A stretch of 62,937 nt of DNA, the filler included, from Octopus bimaculoides (lineage: Eukaryota): the NCBI RefSeq assembly GCF_001194135.2. It is 5 parts of 5 records of this genome, joined end to end, with 100 filler letters (N's around TTAATTAATTAA, not from the genome) between each part and the next. Parts side by side here need not be neighbours in the genome. Positions count along the whole stretch, not along the records: positions 31,002 to 43,420 come from NC_069000.1; positions 43,521 to 57,540 come from NC_068983.1; 3 more parts are not named here. One strand, 5' to 3'. Made by a program: the position numbers and the translations under genes. Positions 36,731-51,072 of this stretch are shown here, one piece after another. Under the pieces are notes generated by a model. It did no database searches and was not told where the DNA came from. It saw only the letters and a program-made list of their open reading frames with translations. Each line of letters opens with the position of its first letter. Position 1 is the stretch's first letter.

Positions 36731-38584
36731 AATATGGGCCATCGTTTGAAATGCACCGGTTTTTCGGTTTACTCAACAGCGTTTTCCTCCTTACCGATAT
36801 ACGTCAGCGAAAGATATGCACATGCATATGATAGATATGTGTGTGTGACGTATGTGGGTGTATGTACGTGTGTATGTATATTTATGTATGCATGTATGTA
36901 TGTACGTATGTACATATTCAACATGTTTTCGCCACATTTCCATCAGTAAAATTCCACTCACAAGCTAGCACTGGTCAACCCAACTTGTCCTAAGTGCCAC
37001 GCAATGGTTTCGAATTCAGAAGCACGTGGTTGCGAGGCGGACTTCATAGCCATACATCTGTAACGGCTTCCTTGCAGCTGACATACCAATTTTGACTATT
37101 CACGAGTGTGATTTTTAGAATCTTACATGAAGGCCTATTTTTCAGTTTTTCTTGTATTTTATTTTACCGGGAACATAGTGGAAATAAACACCATTAATGA
37201 AAGTGGACGGTGGCAACTTAATTACACATCTTCTGTTCCCCTTGCTGTCGTAAATAGATTGTATTGCACTTGTACGGTGCAAACTTGTTTTCAGATATGG
37301 CGCCTTCTTGTTCCAGTTTAAAATACCAAATCCTCAGTGACTCCTCTCGTTTTGTTATAACACCAGTTGTTGTGGCGTGATAACTTCATGTAGTCATAGG
37401 TTTGTCATCCTCAACACCACCACCACTACTACTACTACTACTACCACTACTTCCATTACTGTGACTACAATTACAACCACCATTAACACCACCAAAATCA
37501 CTCAAAATACCGCCACCACTGTCATCACCGTAATAATTTCCTTCGTAAATACACCATTAACACCAATACTACTTTCATCATTCTCACAATTTCTACCGTT
37601 ACCACTATCAGCATCACTAATGCCATCATCCTGTAGCATCACCAACGAGGTACTTTTGTGAATGACTGCTCAACCTGCAAGAAATAGCAACCAAATCTTC
37701 CTCAGACTACGTCCTACCGTTTTAAAGAAACTGACATAATCTGTGATGTAATCAATGGGACACTGTGCATGGAAATTCAAAATGGATTGTCATGTTGGGA
37801 TGCTATTGATCAGATTTGCTCGATCAGCATTGACCTGAGGGAGGCGTGATTAAACAACAACAGCAACAACATGCATTATCACCACCACTATTATTACTAC
37901 AACTTCTGAAAACTACCACCACGAACTACCATTACTAACACTATCAATGCAACCAACCATACATGCCACTACTTCCAACTGTAACACATCCTCCATCGTC
38001 ACTGCTGTTGTTGCACTGTAGGTACTGGTGAACTACAAGCAACACTAACAAGAGCAGCAGCCATCCCCGTTCTAACATCCCTATTACCATTATATTCACA
38101 GTCTGTCAACTTGATAAGTAGTTTCCAACTCTTTATTTTGTGCGATTTTGCATGAATACCCTTTACTTGTTTTTTTTTTTTTCCTACATTTCTACCTTGC
38201 CTTTATTTTTTAGAGTTTCTTTTCCTTTCCTATTGTAGTTCTATAAAATCTTATTCCGTCTGCTTACCTCGTAAAAGCGCTTATTACATAGCATTAGAAT
38301 TACGTTTATTATTATAATTATTTACATTTCTATTATATTTTCGTTTTTTACTTTCATTCCTGTTTCCTACCCTGTTGATATCTGACGTTGCTATTTTGCC
38401 TTGACTCTGTTCTGTTCTCTTCGTTTTCTTAGTGTGATGAAATATTTTTCTATATATACTTTACTATTTTTCTGTTTTATTTCTCATTTTCCTGTTTTAT
38501 TTCTCATTTTCCTGTTTTATTTTTCTGTATTTTGTTTTTATTTTCTCTTTAACATTACACTTCAAAATATATTCTATTATCAAG

Positions 38585-38646
<62 letters not shown>

Positions 38647-39615
38647 NNNNNNNNNNNNNNNNNNNNNNNNNNNNNNNNNNNNNNNNNNNNNNNNNNNNNN
38701 NNNNNNNNNNNNNNNNNNNNNNNNNNNNNNNNNNNNNNNNNNNNNNNNNNNNNNNNNNNNNNNNNNNNNNNNNNNNNNNNNNNNNNNNNNNNNNNNNNNN
38801 NNNNNNNNNNNNNNNNNNNNNNNNNNNNNNNNNNNNNNNNNNNNNNNNNNNNNNNNNNNNNNNNNNNNNNNNNNNNNNNNNNNNNNNNNNNNNNNNNNNN
38901 NNNNNNNNNNNNNNNNNNNNNNNNNNNNNNNNNNNNNNNNNNNNNNNNNNNNNNNNNNNNNNNNNNNNNNNNNNNNNNNNNNNNNNNNNNNNNNNNNNNN
39001 NNNNNNNNNNNNNNNNNNNNNNNNNNNNNNNNNNNNNNNNNNNNNNNNNNNNNNNNNNNNNNNNNNNNNNNNNNNNNNNNNNNNNNNNNNNNNNNNNNNN
39101 NNNNNNNNNNNNNNNNNNNNNNNNNNNNNNNNNNNNNNNNNNNNNNNNNNNNNNNNNNNNNNNNNNNNNNNNNNNNNNNNNNNNNNNNNNNNNNNNNNNN
39201 NNNNNNNNNNNNNNNNNNNNNNNNNNNNNNNNNNNNNNNNNNNNNNNNNNNNNNNNNNNNNNNNNNNNNNNNNNNNNNNNNNNNNNNNNNNNNNNNNNNN
39301 NNNNNNNNNNNNNNNNNNNNNNNNNNNNNNNNNNNNNNNNNNNNNNNNNNNNNNNNNNNNNNNNNNNNNNNNNNNNNNNNNNNNNNNNNNNNNNNNNNNN
39401 NNNNNNNNNNNNNNNNNNNNNNNNNNNNNNNNNNNNNNNNNNNNNNNNNNNNNNNNNNNNNNNNNNNNNNNNNNNNNNNNNNNNNNNNNNNNNNNNNNNN
39501 NNNNNNNNNNNNNNNNNNNNNNNNNNNNNNNNNNNNNNNNNNNNNNNNNNNNNNNNNNNNNNNNNNNNNNNNNNNNNNNNNNNNNNNNNNNNNNNNNNNN
39601 NNNNNNNNNNNNNNN

Positions 39616-40692
39616 TGGGTGGCCTTCTTGTTTAAGATGGTGAATCTTTGCCTTCAGTTCATCTTTGGTGTTTCAAGGAGTTTTGTTGGTCTCTTGCTCA
39701 ACTGCACCCATACATAATAATCAAGAGGTTTGCAGTCTGGGGGGTTAGGTGGCCAGATGTTACGGTGATGTGGTCGCAGAAATTGTCTGACATTCATGAC
39801 TAGGTTCTCCTGCTTGTGTGGCATGGTGCAGAGTCCTGTTGCCAGACATAGGGTCCTCCAGCAGCCACCCTCTTGACCCAGGGCAGCACTACCTCCTGCA
39901 GACACTTGATGTAGGCTTCTGTGTTGAGTCTGAGGCCGTGTGGGAAAATGAATGGAAGCATAACGTCGCCATCATTAGTGATCACTTCAAACACCATGAT
40001 GTTGACTGGATGTTTGATTTTTATCCCTCTCGGTACATGTTTTGGGAACACGGCAAGCCAACGGTTTTTCATCATCTGATCCTGGCAGAAATTTTTCTTG
40101 TCTGAGGAAAGCCTAAGCATTTTCGGTTGGAATGGATGCTTGAGTTTGTTCGAAAGCTTCGTAGCACGGTTTTTCTCCTTGGGATAAAAATTGGCCCTTT
40201 CTCATCTTGTATGAGGAATAACGAGTGTTTTCATGCACTACCTGCCTGATAAGAAACTCAGACACTCCCATATATCCCTGGCCATGGACCTGATTGACTT
40301 GGAGAGATCGTTGTCAATCATGACCTGGATCTCCCCAATAAATTCAGGAGTACTTTCCTTATCAGTACGATCATAGTGAGTTTTCTGAGCTGCCATACCT
40401 TCGTAATCACCATTAGACTCCTCCAACTCGTTCCGAAACCTCTTCACTGTCCTCAGATTGACACCCAAACACTCTGAAATGTTCGTATCGGAGCTTCCGG
40501 CGCGAATGCCAAGCAGCACAGCATGTCATTTCCAAATTTCTGGCAGACTGAATTGCATCATGGTGCTGTTTTTCTCACAAACGGGGCCCAACAGACCCTA
40601 CTATACTGTGTAGTTGACAAAATCAAAAACAAACAATGTGTATGCACGAAATTAAAAATATAAAATGGTGACAATTTACCCATCGCACTCTG
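39616..40692 (-). mobile_element. DD37D (maT-type) transposon, decayed
   Basis: WQQDSAPCH...WPPNPPDCKPLDYYVW, with 37 residues between the Asps after correcting one frameshift. 5' terminus TA|cagagtgcgatgggtaaattg at 40692. Confidence 0.8.
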
Positions 40693-40735
40693 TATGTGTA
40701 TGTGCGTGCGTGTGTATGTATGTATGTATGTATGT

Positions 40736-40803
<68 letters not shown>

Positions 40804-40989
40804 CACTATTTAGAGTTCATAGCCAGCTAATTATAATGATGGGTATCTATTCAGGCAAAAAGATTCAGAAAAATGAAATTTTAGATCTTTTTTCGACCCA
40901 GGTTATATAGTATGCAGTCACATATATATATACGAGGGTTGGCAGTAACGCATTTTTTTATTTGCATTACTTTTTAGCTTACATTTGTA

Positions 40990-41298
40990 TACGCCAGTAT
41001 AAGTTGAAAAGTGACGTCATCACGTGATCAACCAGACTATCGCTGAGTGCAATATGCTCCTATTCGTTTTAGCTCTCGAATGATGCGTCTCTGCTAGCTA
41101 AGCGGGTAGGCCAACATCCCCCTTGATCGGTAACCTACTCCTTTTCAGGGTTACCCATTTGCGGTTGAGTGAACTGGAGCAACGTGACATGAAGTGCTTT
41201 GCTTAAGAACACAACGTGTCACTCGATCTGGGAATCAAACCCATGATCTAGTGACCATGAGTGCAACACCCTAACCACTAGGACACTCGAGCTCACAA
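40990..41298 (-). mobile_element. tRNA-derived SINE with a conserved central domain (Meta/CORE-like, unverified)
   Basis: gagtgaactggagcaacgtgacatgaagtgctttgc...ccctaaccactagg on the plus strand is the reverse complement of a tRNA head plus central domain. Confidence 0.6.
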
Positions 41299-41874
41299 GC
41301 TAAAAAGTAATGCAATAAAATTTGCATTACATTTTTCTCCGTGCGTGCATGTATATGTGTATGTGCGCGCGCACACACATGCAAAGTATGTTGGATAAGG
41401 TGTCCAGTCTAGAAACTCTGATCAGACCAGCCAATAAGAAAATGATTTCCGGATCTAGAACAGCCCTCCTACTTCTAATCACATCGTAATCACCAATTTT
41501 CTTCTCTTTTAAAAAGTGGCAGGGTTTAACGCGCCAAGATTTAACGCCAATATCTAGCGCTTTAGTGCTAGTAGCGTAATCCACTTTGCAAAATATTTGC
41601 AAAAGTTCCCGGTTGTCTCTTCCATTTGCATTTATTCCTGAAGACACTGGCCCGTAAACTTCAGGCTGTGCATTGAGCTTACTAGTCCGAAAGGATCTGT
41701 AAAGCTCTTATAAACACTGCTTCGCTTCCGCTAACAAACTTATTTTGCAAATACTTTACACTGTGTACATCGAGTTGATATCTGTACACTGTGAGAATTA
41801 TGCAATTAATAGATAGAAACAGCTTAAAACAAGTATATTCAGACAATTCGTTGATCTAGAAAAGTAAATATAGC

Positions 41875-42065
41875 GGACCCTTGCCATACAGTTTCAAATC
41901 ATCCATGAAGAGGAGGTGGTTGATTGTTTGGGATTTTCCCTTTAGTTAGTACCCCAGGTTCATTTTCCTAAGTACCAAGGTCAAGGGTATCATGCAGAGA
42001 ACAAAAAGCAACGGAGATAAGCTATCACCCTGGAAAATCCCTTTTCTGATACCCAGGGGGCCCAA
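41875..42065 (-). mobile_element. R4/Dong-like RT fragment
   Basis: GIFQGDSLSPLLFVLCMIPL...INHLLFMDDLKLYGK. Confidence 0.85.
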
Positions 42066-42139
42066 GCTTTTTCCGTAAGATGTCAGTTCAATTTTCCACC
42101 CCACCATACTTCACTTTAAGAAACACGTTACATTCGTTG

Positions 42140-42330
<191 letters not shown>

Positions 42331-42805
42331 GAGCAGTGTATACAATCAAAGTGACTCTGAGATAAAATATACGAAGCTCAGTATACCCATCATGACTACC
42401 CGTCTGATAAGAATACACCAGGCACAAGCATCACAACCATATGTGCGCGACATGGAGATCTCATATCAAAATAAACAGCGCATAACTTTGCAGGTGGGGC
42501 CCAATTAGAATTTTCTTCAGGTTGAGTAACCCATCCTGCTCAAAAGGTCCCTGAATAAGAGTTGTTTAAGGATGTTGAACGAAACACCCATGTTTCCAGA
42601 GGTGAATTATTCAAGCCCCCAAAGAATTCCTCACAACACATGGTTATGATGCCCATCTCTCACTACAGATCGTGATCAGAGATGCATATATCGTCAGCAA
42701 CTAAGGGACATGCTCAACTGGTTAAGGTCATACAACTGACAAGCAAATTTGTGGTACTGAGCAGAATATTTACTTTAGCCCGTCTTTTATACCAAGACAA
42801 TAAAA

Positions 42806-42985
42806 TAATGATCCTTTGTGCTATAAGGCATAAGGCCTGAAATTCTGTAGGAGCAGTCTGATCTATTACACCAACCACAGTACTCGTCTGGTACTTATTT
42901 AATCGTCCCCGAGAGGATGAAATGCAAAGTAGACACCTGCGGGATTTGAACTCAGAACCTAAAGCCGGAAGAAATACCGCCAATT
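42806..42985 (-). mobile_element. SINE
   Basis: Reverse complement of the 36128 family. Confidence 0.7.
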
Positions 42986-43224
42986 TCTATGCAAAATTAT
43001 TAATAATTTTGTTTTCTATGATACTCGTTTATCCAGAAAAGAGAGATGGTAAAGTTAAAGTCGACAGGATTTGTAAATAGAACAGGGGGTGAGGAAATAC
43101 TACTGAGGATTTATTATGATACTATTATAATTTTGTGAATGATAATAATAATAATGCAGCATTGTGCTCTTATTAAAACTTAAATTACTTTACGCTTATT
43201 CTAATGTTTCTTACTCTAATACAG

Positions 43225-43362
43225 TGCCTGGCCAAAATCCTAAAGACGTAACACTTATGATCAAAGGAACGCCTCAGGTCGGAGAAGAGCTGGAATTAAA
43301 CTGCACTGGCAAAATTACAACGGTTCCTGGCCACTCAATTGTCATTTATAAAAGAACTAAAA
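43225..43362 (+). CDS. Internal exon (phase 1-1) encoding the N-terminal half of an Ig-like domain
   Basis: Acceptor tttcttactctaatacag, perfect donor GTAAGT, 138 nt; PGQNPKDVTLMIKGTPQVGEELELNCTGKITTVPGHSIVIYKRTK (GxxLxLxC motif). Confidence 0.75.
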
Positions 43363-43464
43363 GTAAGTATAAACCTGGCTATTTATTCATACTTATATGT
43401 CTATATATATATATATATATNNNNNNNNNNNNNNNNNNNNNNNNNNNNNNNNNNNNNNNNNNNN

Positions 43465-43476
43465 TTAATTAATTAA
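43465..43476. other. Synthetic scaffold linker
   Basis: 44N-TTAATTAATTAA-44N. Confidence 0.9.
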
Positions 43477-44249
43477 NNNNNNNNNNNNNNNNNNNNNNNN
43501 NNNNNNNNNNNNNNNNNNNNTACTTATACATATACAAGTGTTCGCGCGCTAACATATATGTGAGTGTGTTTTATTTAAAAGGAAAATAAAACTACATTGT
43601 TTGGCTACATGCCAACATGTGTAATGATGCCAGTCTGTTTATATAAAAACAATCTGTTGAACTTCTACCTCAGGCATTACGCTCCTGGATTACGATCGCC
43701 ATTTGTTGTAGGGCTACATCAACGACATCTGCCTAAAAAAGTTCAATTCACTCAAACGCCGATCAACTACCTTAGAATACAAGAGGACCAAGTGTCGGAC
43801 ACGCGCGTAGTCTCATGCTAATTTACATAAGTGTATTCATACATAAATGCATGCGTACATATTCATACCCGCATACCTACTTACACACCTATGTACATAT
43901 AAATATAATACATTCATACATACTCTCTCATACACATACACACACATTCATACATTCATACATACATATATACATTCATACATACAAACATACATACATA
44001 CGTACGTACATGCTTACATGCATCGACAGCTCAACCAACACACCGGGAACTCTCTTAACTCAAAAAGTCTTGTCGCTTTGTTAGCGACCGGCTTGAACTG
44101 TTTTAAGAGCTTAAATAAAACTCAAAGAGATACAAACTTACATACATATGTATTTACGTTCATTAATAAATTGAGTGAGAAAGGAAAGGAAACAGAGACT
44201 GGCATACGGACAGACAAACAGGCAGATGGGTTGAGAGAGAGAGAGGGGG

Positions 44250-44327
<78 letters not shown>

Positions 44328-44460
44328 CAAAGTAACCTAGAACATGAGAAGATCAGTGAAAAGCAGCAATGAACAAAGCCTAATGCAATATCTTTTAGAA
44401 CTAAGAACAAATTGTGCTTAAATATTGGCCATAAATTTTGGCAAAAAGAAAGCAATTTCG

Positions 44461-44780
44461 GGAAAAAGGGTAAATTGATTATATCCCCCACCCAGTGCAC
44501 AACTGGTACTTATTTTATCGACTCCTATAGGATGAAAGGTAAAGTCGGCCACGACGCCATTCGAACGCAGAACGTAAAGACGGACGAAACGCCGCCGAGC
44601 ATTTTGCCCGGCATGCTAACGATTCTGCCAGCTCGCCACCTAAATGGCGCTTAAATATTACAATAGGATATGCATCATATTGGTTTCAAATTTTGACCAG
44701 CAATTTCGGGGGAGGTGTTAAGTCGATTACATCGACTCCCAGTCCTGAACTGGTACTTATTTTATCAATCCCTGAAGGTC
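44461..44780 (-). mobile_element. One near-complete SINE (44461-44641) and one partial copy (44680-44780)
   Basis: Reverse complement of the 36128 family. Confidence 0.75.
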
Positions 44781-45567
44781 TTAACCACGCAGCCACCACC
44801 TACCAAGCTGAAAGGGTGGCTGGAAATAGAACAAACAGAATAGACACATCGGAAAAGAAAAACAAAAACAAAAACAAAAACAACTTTCGTCTGTTGTCGG
44901 TTCGGTCATCGCTGCATTGGAGTTAACTCACAACAACAATACGAGCCTTCAACAACCCCAAATCTGTAGTCACAACAGCGTATGTTATCTGAAATATAAA
45001 CAAAAGACAGTAATAATACTATATCAACACGTCGTGAGCAATGATGCTTCACTCCAATTCACATCACTGTCTCCTTATATTGAAGTGGAAGGCTCACAGT
45101 TACAACATTGCAAATTTAGGTCATGTTTTGTTTTTCATAAAACTTCCCAAAACCGGTTGGCGTTCTCTGGAATTATACGCTGCCTCTATAATTTCTTCAT
45201 CTCTCCTTTTGTTGTGCTTTTGGTGATGTTTTCGTTGTTACTGCTTTTTGTTGGTGTTAATTATATAAATATTGCACTTTAGAATTTAGCTCCCCTGTAA
45301 AGACCATCCACTGTGAGTATGTATGTGTGTGTATGTGCACGCGTATATGTTTCTATGTTCGTGTGTCTGTCTGTGTGCGTGCGTGCGTGTGTGTGTGGGG
45401 GGAGTGAAGACACGTGACGTATTGGTTATGGTATTCGGTTCACGAGCATTATGCCGAGAATTTAGTTCCTGGACAAGCTTCCAATGTTCAAGGGCGTTCT
45501 AGCTGTGTCTATCTCATATGTATGTGAGTGTGTCTGTAAACATATATACGTGAGTGTGACTGTATGC

Positions 45568-45648
<81 letters not shown>

Positions 45649-45685
45649 GTTACTTTACGAGTCGTTGGCTCATTATGATCATGAA

Positions 45686-45733
<48 letters not shown>

Positions 45734-46020
45734 GATGATGATGATGAAGATGATGATGATGATTACGACGACGACAACAAGGCTGACGACGACGAGGATA
45801 AAAACGACGATGATGCTTGCAGTGATTGTGATTTCAAATGAGAAGAAAAAAATTACTTCGTAAGGAGTTCAGATTGCTTTAATTTGCTCACTTGTTTTTT
45901 AAATTTTTATTCTTATTTTACGGTCCCTACCAAGCGGACACACACAAGCATATATAGATACACACATGCACGTACACACACACACACACACGCACGCGCG
46001 CACACATACACACACATAGA

Positions 46021-46064
<44 letters not shown>

Positions 46065-46179
46065 TCAGGCCTATTCGCCATTGTTTTAGATGTGGGTTAG
46101 CCACAAGACACACACCAAGCATTTCATTCATTTCCCAGCTCATATATACGTAGACACATAAGGATAGATAAGTTGGTAT

Positions 46180-46249
<70 letters not shown>

Positions 46250-47077
46250 GTAGAAGATGTGATGCGATGTATATATTGAAAATTAAATTTCCGTCTACCT
46301 ATAACAGTATATCTCTGAATGTTACCAAGAATACATGCTAAACGACCATTATACGTCTTGCCTATATTCTTACGTTGTTTCTTTCTTCCTTCCCTTCTGT
46401 CTGTGGTTCCTTCCTTCTTTCCTTCTTCTTTTCTCTCTTTCTATGTCTCCTTCGCTTCTTTCCTTCTCCTTCCTCCAGTCTTTTCTTTACGTATATCATT
46501 ACCCATCTGTCTTTCTCCCTTCCTCTCCCACTCACTGTCTTTCTCTGTCTTTCCTTCCTTCAGTCTTCCTTGCTATTCTTCCTTTTGTTTTTATCTTCCA
46601 TTTATATATTTCCCGCCTTCCTTCCTCCTTCCTATCTTTCCATTATTTACCAATAAGAAAAAACAATATTCGCCTCCCGCTCTCGCCCCCGCATCATATA
46701 TATAAACCCGCCTTTCTTAGATAATATGTCTGCCATTCTTTCATTACATTTATATTGTTCATATCCCTCAAGTATCCTTGTACTTGAGCAATCGCATGAA
46801 TAGGGAACACTCTTCCCCTGCTCTTTACTCAATATCCCTACTTCCCTCGTCTTCCTTGTCTTTCTTTTTTATCCCTGTGGCTCTCCAAACGACTACATAC
46901 CGTTCTATAACAATAGAGCAACTGCTTTGTTCCTTTACTCCAAGAAAGTATTCCCATGAAGAGCGTCATTATATCATGCTGGTTGCTTGAAGAGTCCACC
47001 GGCATCTTATGTTATATCATATCACTCTGGGTATTTATTTATTTATGTAGTTATTCATTCACATATACATTTTTTGA

Positions 47078-47200
47078 AGGCGCGTAGCCTAGTGGGTTAT
47101 GTATTGCACTCACGATCGCAAGATCGTGCTTTCGATTCTAGCGCTGGGCGAGGAGTTCTTTTTCTTGAGCAAAACACTTGATCTCGTGTTAACCTTAGGC
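47078..47200 (+). mobile_element. SINE head
   Basis: ggcgcgtagcctagtgg...ttcgattc...cttgagcaaaacactt. Confidence 0.6.
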
Positions 47201-47462
47201 AGTCAAGTATAAAGGAACAGAGATAGATTGCTATTCGTGTTCTAATAGCTGGACGGAGTTTTCAAACGAAAGCCAATGGGGCAAAGGATAATGTTATGCG
47301 TGTTTGTCTTATGCTTGTCCCATTTATTGCATTACGGTCATGCTTTGAAGATTTTAGTCAAATAAATCGACTCCATTGCGATTTCAGTTGTCAGGCGGTT
47401 GGAGGAAGAAACAAATACACAGACACAGACACACACACACACACAGACACACACACACACAG

Positions 47463-47497
<35 letters not shown>

Positions 47498-47517
47498 TGT
47501 GCGTGTGTTGGTGTAGT

Positions 47518-47553
<36 letters not shown>

Positions 47554-47720
47554 CAGAAAGACAGATGGATAGATACATATATATGTATATATATATATAT
47601 ATATATGATAATATAAATAATATATATATGCATATATACCTACGTATCCGTACATACTTACATGTATACGTATATACATATGCATATGTGGGCACATATA
47701 TACATACATAATACATATAT

Positions 47721-47880
47721 AGTGGTTGGCGTTAGGAAGGGCATCCAGCTGTAGAAACTCTGCCAAATTAGACTGGAGCCTGGTGTTGCCATCCGGTTTC
47801 ACCAGTCCTCAGTCAAATCGTCCAACCCATGCTAGCATGGAAAGCGGGCGTTAAACGATGATGATGATGATGATGATGAT
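47721..47880 (+). mobile_element. 3' end of a retroposon with a (GAT)n tail (RTE-like, unverified)
   Basis: ggttggcgttaggaagggcatccagc...cccatgctagcatggaaagcgggcgttaaac(gat)n. Confidence 0.6.
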
Positions 47881-48514
47881 GATATATATATATATATATA
47901 TAATGAAGAAATTGTACAAAATGTATAAATGGATGATGAGTAAAGTACTGGCACAGTTTCGATTACTTGTTGTTATCCAGTGAATTATTGCAGGAACTTC
48001 GTAGTGGTGGTTGGTGTAACAGTATTAATAAAATAGGAGAAAATGTGTAACAGACTTTATTTGGTACAACACGTTTTGACCCATTCTGCGTTTCTTCAGT
48101 TACATCAATAAAAAGTCTTACTAGAGATTTTTCGAGTCGGCTTAAGTACCGCTACAAGTTCATCGAATTCGAGAATATATATGTATATATATGTGTGTGT
48201 GCGTGCATGCATACATACATACATACATACATACAAACGACTGATTTCCACACAGTTCCCGTCTACTGAACACGAAACTCTGTGGTTACAAAAGCGAGTT
48301 TCTTATCCACATAGCTATATCCGTAAGCAAGATTTCTTTTTTCTTTCCAATGTTATTATAATGCATGTTCTAACTTTGAACTCGTGATCAGTTGTGACAC
48401 ACGTACAGCATCCGATGCATGGCTGTAGAGAAATTTTTTCTTGCATTGCTATATGGTCTGGCCTACTAATATATTGGAAAATTCATTATTAACTTATGGC
48501 AGTTTTACGCGCAG

Positions 48515-48618
48515 GAGTTCATTATTCAAAGTTTCGTTAGATATCAACCAGCCTGGTCACACGTTGCTTCTAGCTGATTCTATCTCACTATATCTATGTG
48601 TGCCTGTGAAATACTTAG
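48515..48618 (+). CDS. Candidate internal exon (phase 2-1)
   Basis: ttttacgcgcag / GTATTT; only one frame is open: SSLFKVSLDINQPGHTLLLADSISLYLCVPVKYL. Could be chance. Confidence 0.25.
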
Positions 48619-48941
48619 GTATTTACATTATAATTCGGTGAAAATTAATGTTGACTATGAGAAAGAAAACTGGAAAGCTGTCTATGTGCGTAAATGGATA
48701 TCCATTTGTAGAGACAGCCGGACAGACTAACAGGCAGATAGACAGAAAAAGTCACACACACACGCGCGCACCCCCACCCCCACCACACACACTTACACAT
48801 ACACACACATGCACCCACACACGTAAAGATGCATACGTGCAGACATATGTAGATGTGTGTATATCTACAAATATATCTATCTACCTATCTGTCTGTCTAT
48901 CTATCTATCAATGACTCTCTCTCCTTCTCACTCTCTCTCTA

Positions 48942-49017
<76 letters not shown>

Positions 49018-49677
49018 TACATATGAGCGTGTCTGTGTGTACATCTATATATGCGCATATACATACATACACACATACATATGCATACATGCATATTCAT
49101 ACATACAATAGATACATACATACATACATACATACATACACACACACGTACATACATACACATACATACACACACACACACACACATACACATAAACACA
49201 CTTATATGCGTGTGCATATATATATATATATATTCTTCTGTTATTCTTTTATCGTGTGTGTGAGAGAGAGAGACAGACAAACAGACAGAGAGTCTTTGTG
49301 TTATTGTATTGTTATGTATTATCTTCTACATACCTTTACGTACACAACCAAAAATTCTCTTCGTAATTATATTCAGGAATATTTAGCAAATTCGGTGACA
49401 ACACGTACGATATGCAGACGTGGTGAAGAACCCAGCAGCAAGATGTTCCAGTTTAAAGACAGGTATTTGTTGTGAAGATATTATATTGGATACGGCAGGA
49501 CCTCGAGGTGTGATTCTGCGCCTGAATATACCTTATTCATTCATCTGGGTTTTATATTTCGGGACAGCATTTTGTGAAATCCTTCACCTTCGTTGAAATT
49601 ATTTCATACGGAATGAATAACCTTCACAGAACACAAACAACACCAAACGTGCTCGGATTCACCTTCTTTCACAATCG

Positions 49678-49720
<43 letters not shown>

Positions 49721-49854
49721 ACACACACACATTCTTTCTCTCCCCCTCTCTCTCTCTCACACACACACATTGTTTCTCTCCCCCTCTCTCTCTCACACAC
49801 ACACACATTCTTTTTCTCCCCTCTCCCTCTCACACACACACACTCTTTCTCTCC

Positions 49855-49890
<36 letters not shown>

Positions 49891-50872
49891 ATCTCTCTCT
49901 GGCACACACATACATATACAACTACCACATGTTCACGTGTTTTGCCTGATGAGAACGTTGTTATTGGAGTGTGTTAAATCTGCGAGCTTGTTTCAATTTC
50001 TAGTTGAAACCATTTAACTTTATTCAGTTTGCTGATATCCTTAAGAAAGACATACATGTTACAACTTCACACTGAAATCTCTTACAAACCATACTAACTT
50101 CCTCTGTATTTAATGGAACAATAACCTGAAGCCAACCCTGGCTGAGCAGACATATCATTACAGAGGTTCTTGACATAGCCATTGTGGCCTTTCTGTATAT
50201 ATCGGCGCAAGCGGGACCGTGTGGTAAGAAATTTGCGGTGCCACTTTGGCGTGTGATCCACAATTTAAAGGGAGATTACTGTAGCTTACTTCTTAGTTTA
50301 CTATACGTCACTGCTACTTTGCCGTGTGATCTACGTGAGCAAATTTACTTCGGTGGCTGACCTATGTGCTTATTCTAATTATCGTATTGTTTATTCTTGG
50401 TTTCTTATTACTATTTACTAAGGCATAAATGAAACATGGTTTTATTATTCTTATTAAGATAGTAAGAATTTTGAAAAAATATATTTATAATGCTAAGTAT
50501 GTCCTACAGTAATGTCCTTTGTAGATCACACGCCAAAGTGGGACCACTTATTTATTTGTTAAGCATGGTACTTATTCTATCAGTCTTCTTTGCCGATCCG
50601 CTAATTTACGGGGCCGTAAACACCCCACCACCAGTTGTTAAGCGGTGCTGTGGTGCAACACAAACACAAAGACACACACACACGCATATTAAAAGAAGTA
50701 AAAGAATATGTGTGTGTTTGTGTGTGTATGAATGTATGTAAGTATATATATATGTGTGTGTGTGTGTATGTATGTATGTATATATGCATGTATGTATTAT
50801 GTATGTATGTATGTGTGAACATATGTATGTATGTGTGAACATATGTATGTATGTGTGTGTTTTTTTGTTATC

Positions 50873-51072
50873 TGTGTTTCTCCCCAACACCGTTTGACAA
50901 CCGGTGTTGATGTATTTACATCCGCGTAACGTAGCGGTTCGACAAAATTAAATGACGGAATAAGTACCACAGATTTTTAAAAATCAATTCCGAGATTATT
51001 TTGTTCAACTAAAAACCACCATGCCAGTGGCCCCAGCATGGCTATAGTCCAATGACTGAAGCGAGTAAAAGA
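50873..51072 (+). mobile_element. SINE 3' module
   Basis: Similar to 7370-7560. Confidence 0.7.

Noticed and set aside
37179-37321. Ig-strand-like peptide NESGRWQLNYTSSVPLAVVNRLYCTCTV
   Set aside because: The polypyrimidine tract ends in CGG rather than AG and there is no good donor; at best a pseudo-exon.
42340-42805. Complex sequence that looks like an interspersed repeat 3' UTR
   Set aside because: I could not assign a class from sequence alone.
46647-46832. EGF-like looking peptide YSCDCSSTRILEGYEQYKC (minus strand)
   Set aside because: Cysteine spacing is incomplete, the upstream region is purine-rich with no acceptor, and the context is low-complexity.
47249-47520. GPI-signal-like reading frame (NGAKDNVMRVCLMLVPFIAL) after a good acceptor
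   Set aside because: The frame continues into a microsatellite without a stop after the hydrophobic stretch.
49377-49462. Exon-like segment with AG/GT ends
   Set aside because: The only open frame is phase 0-2, which does not fit the neighbouring exons; the phase 1 frame has stops.
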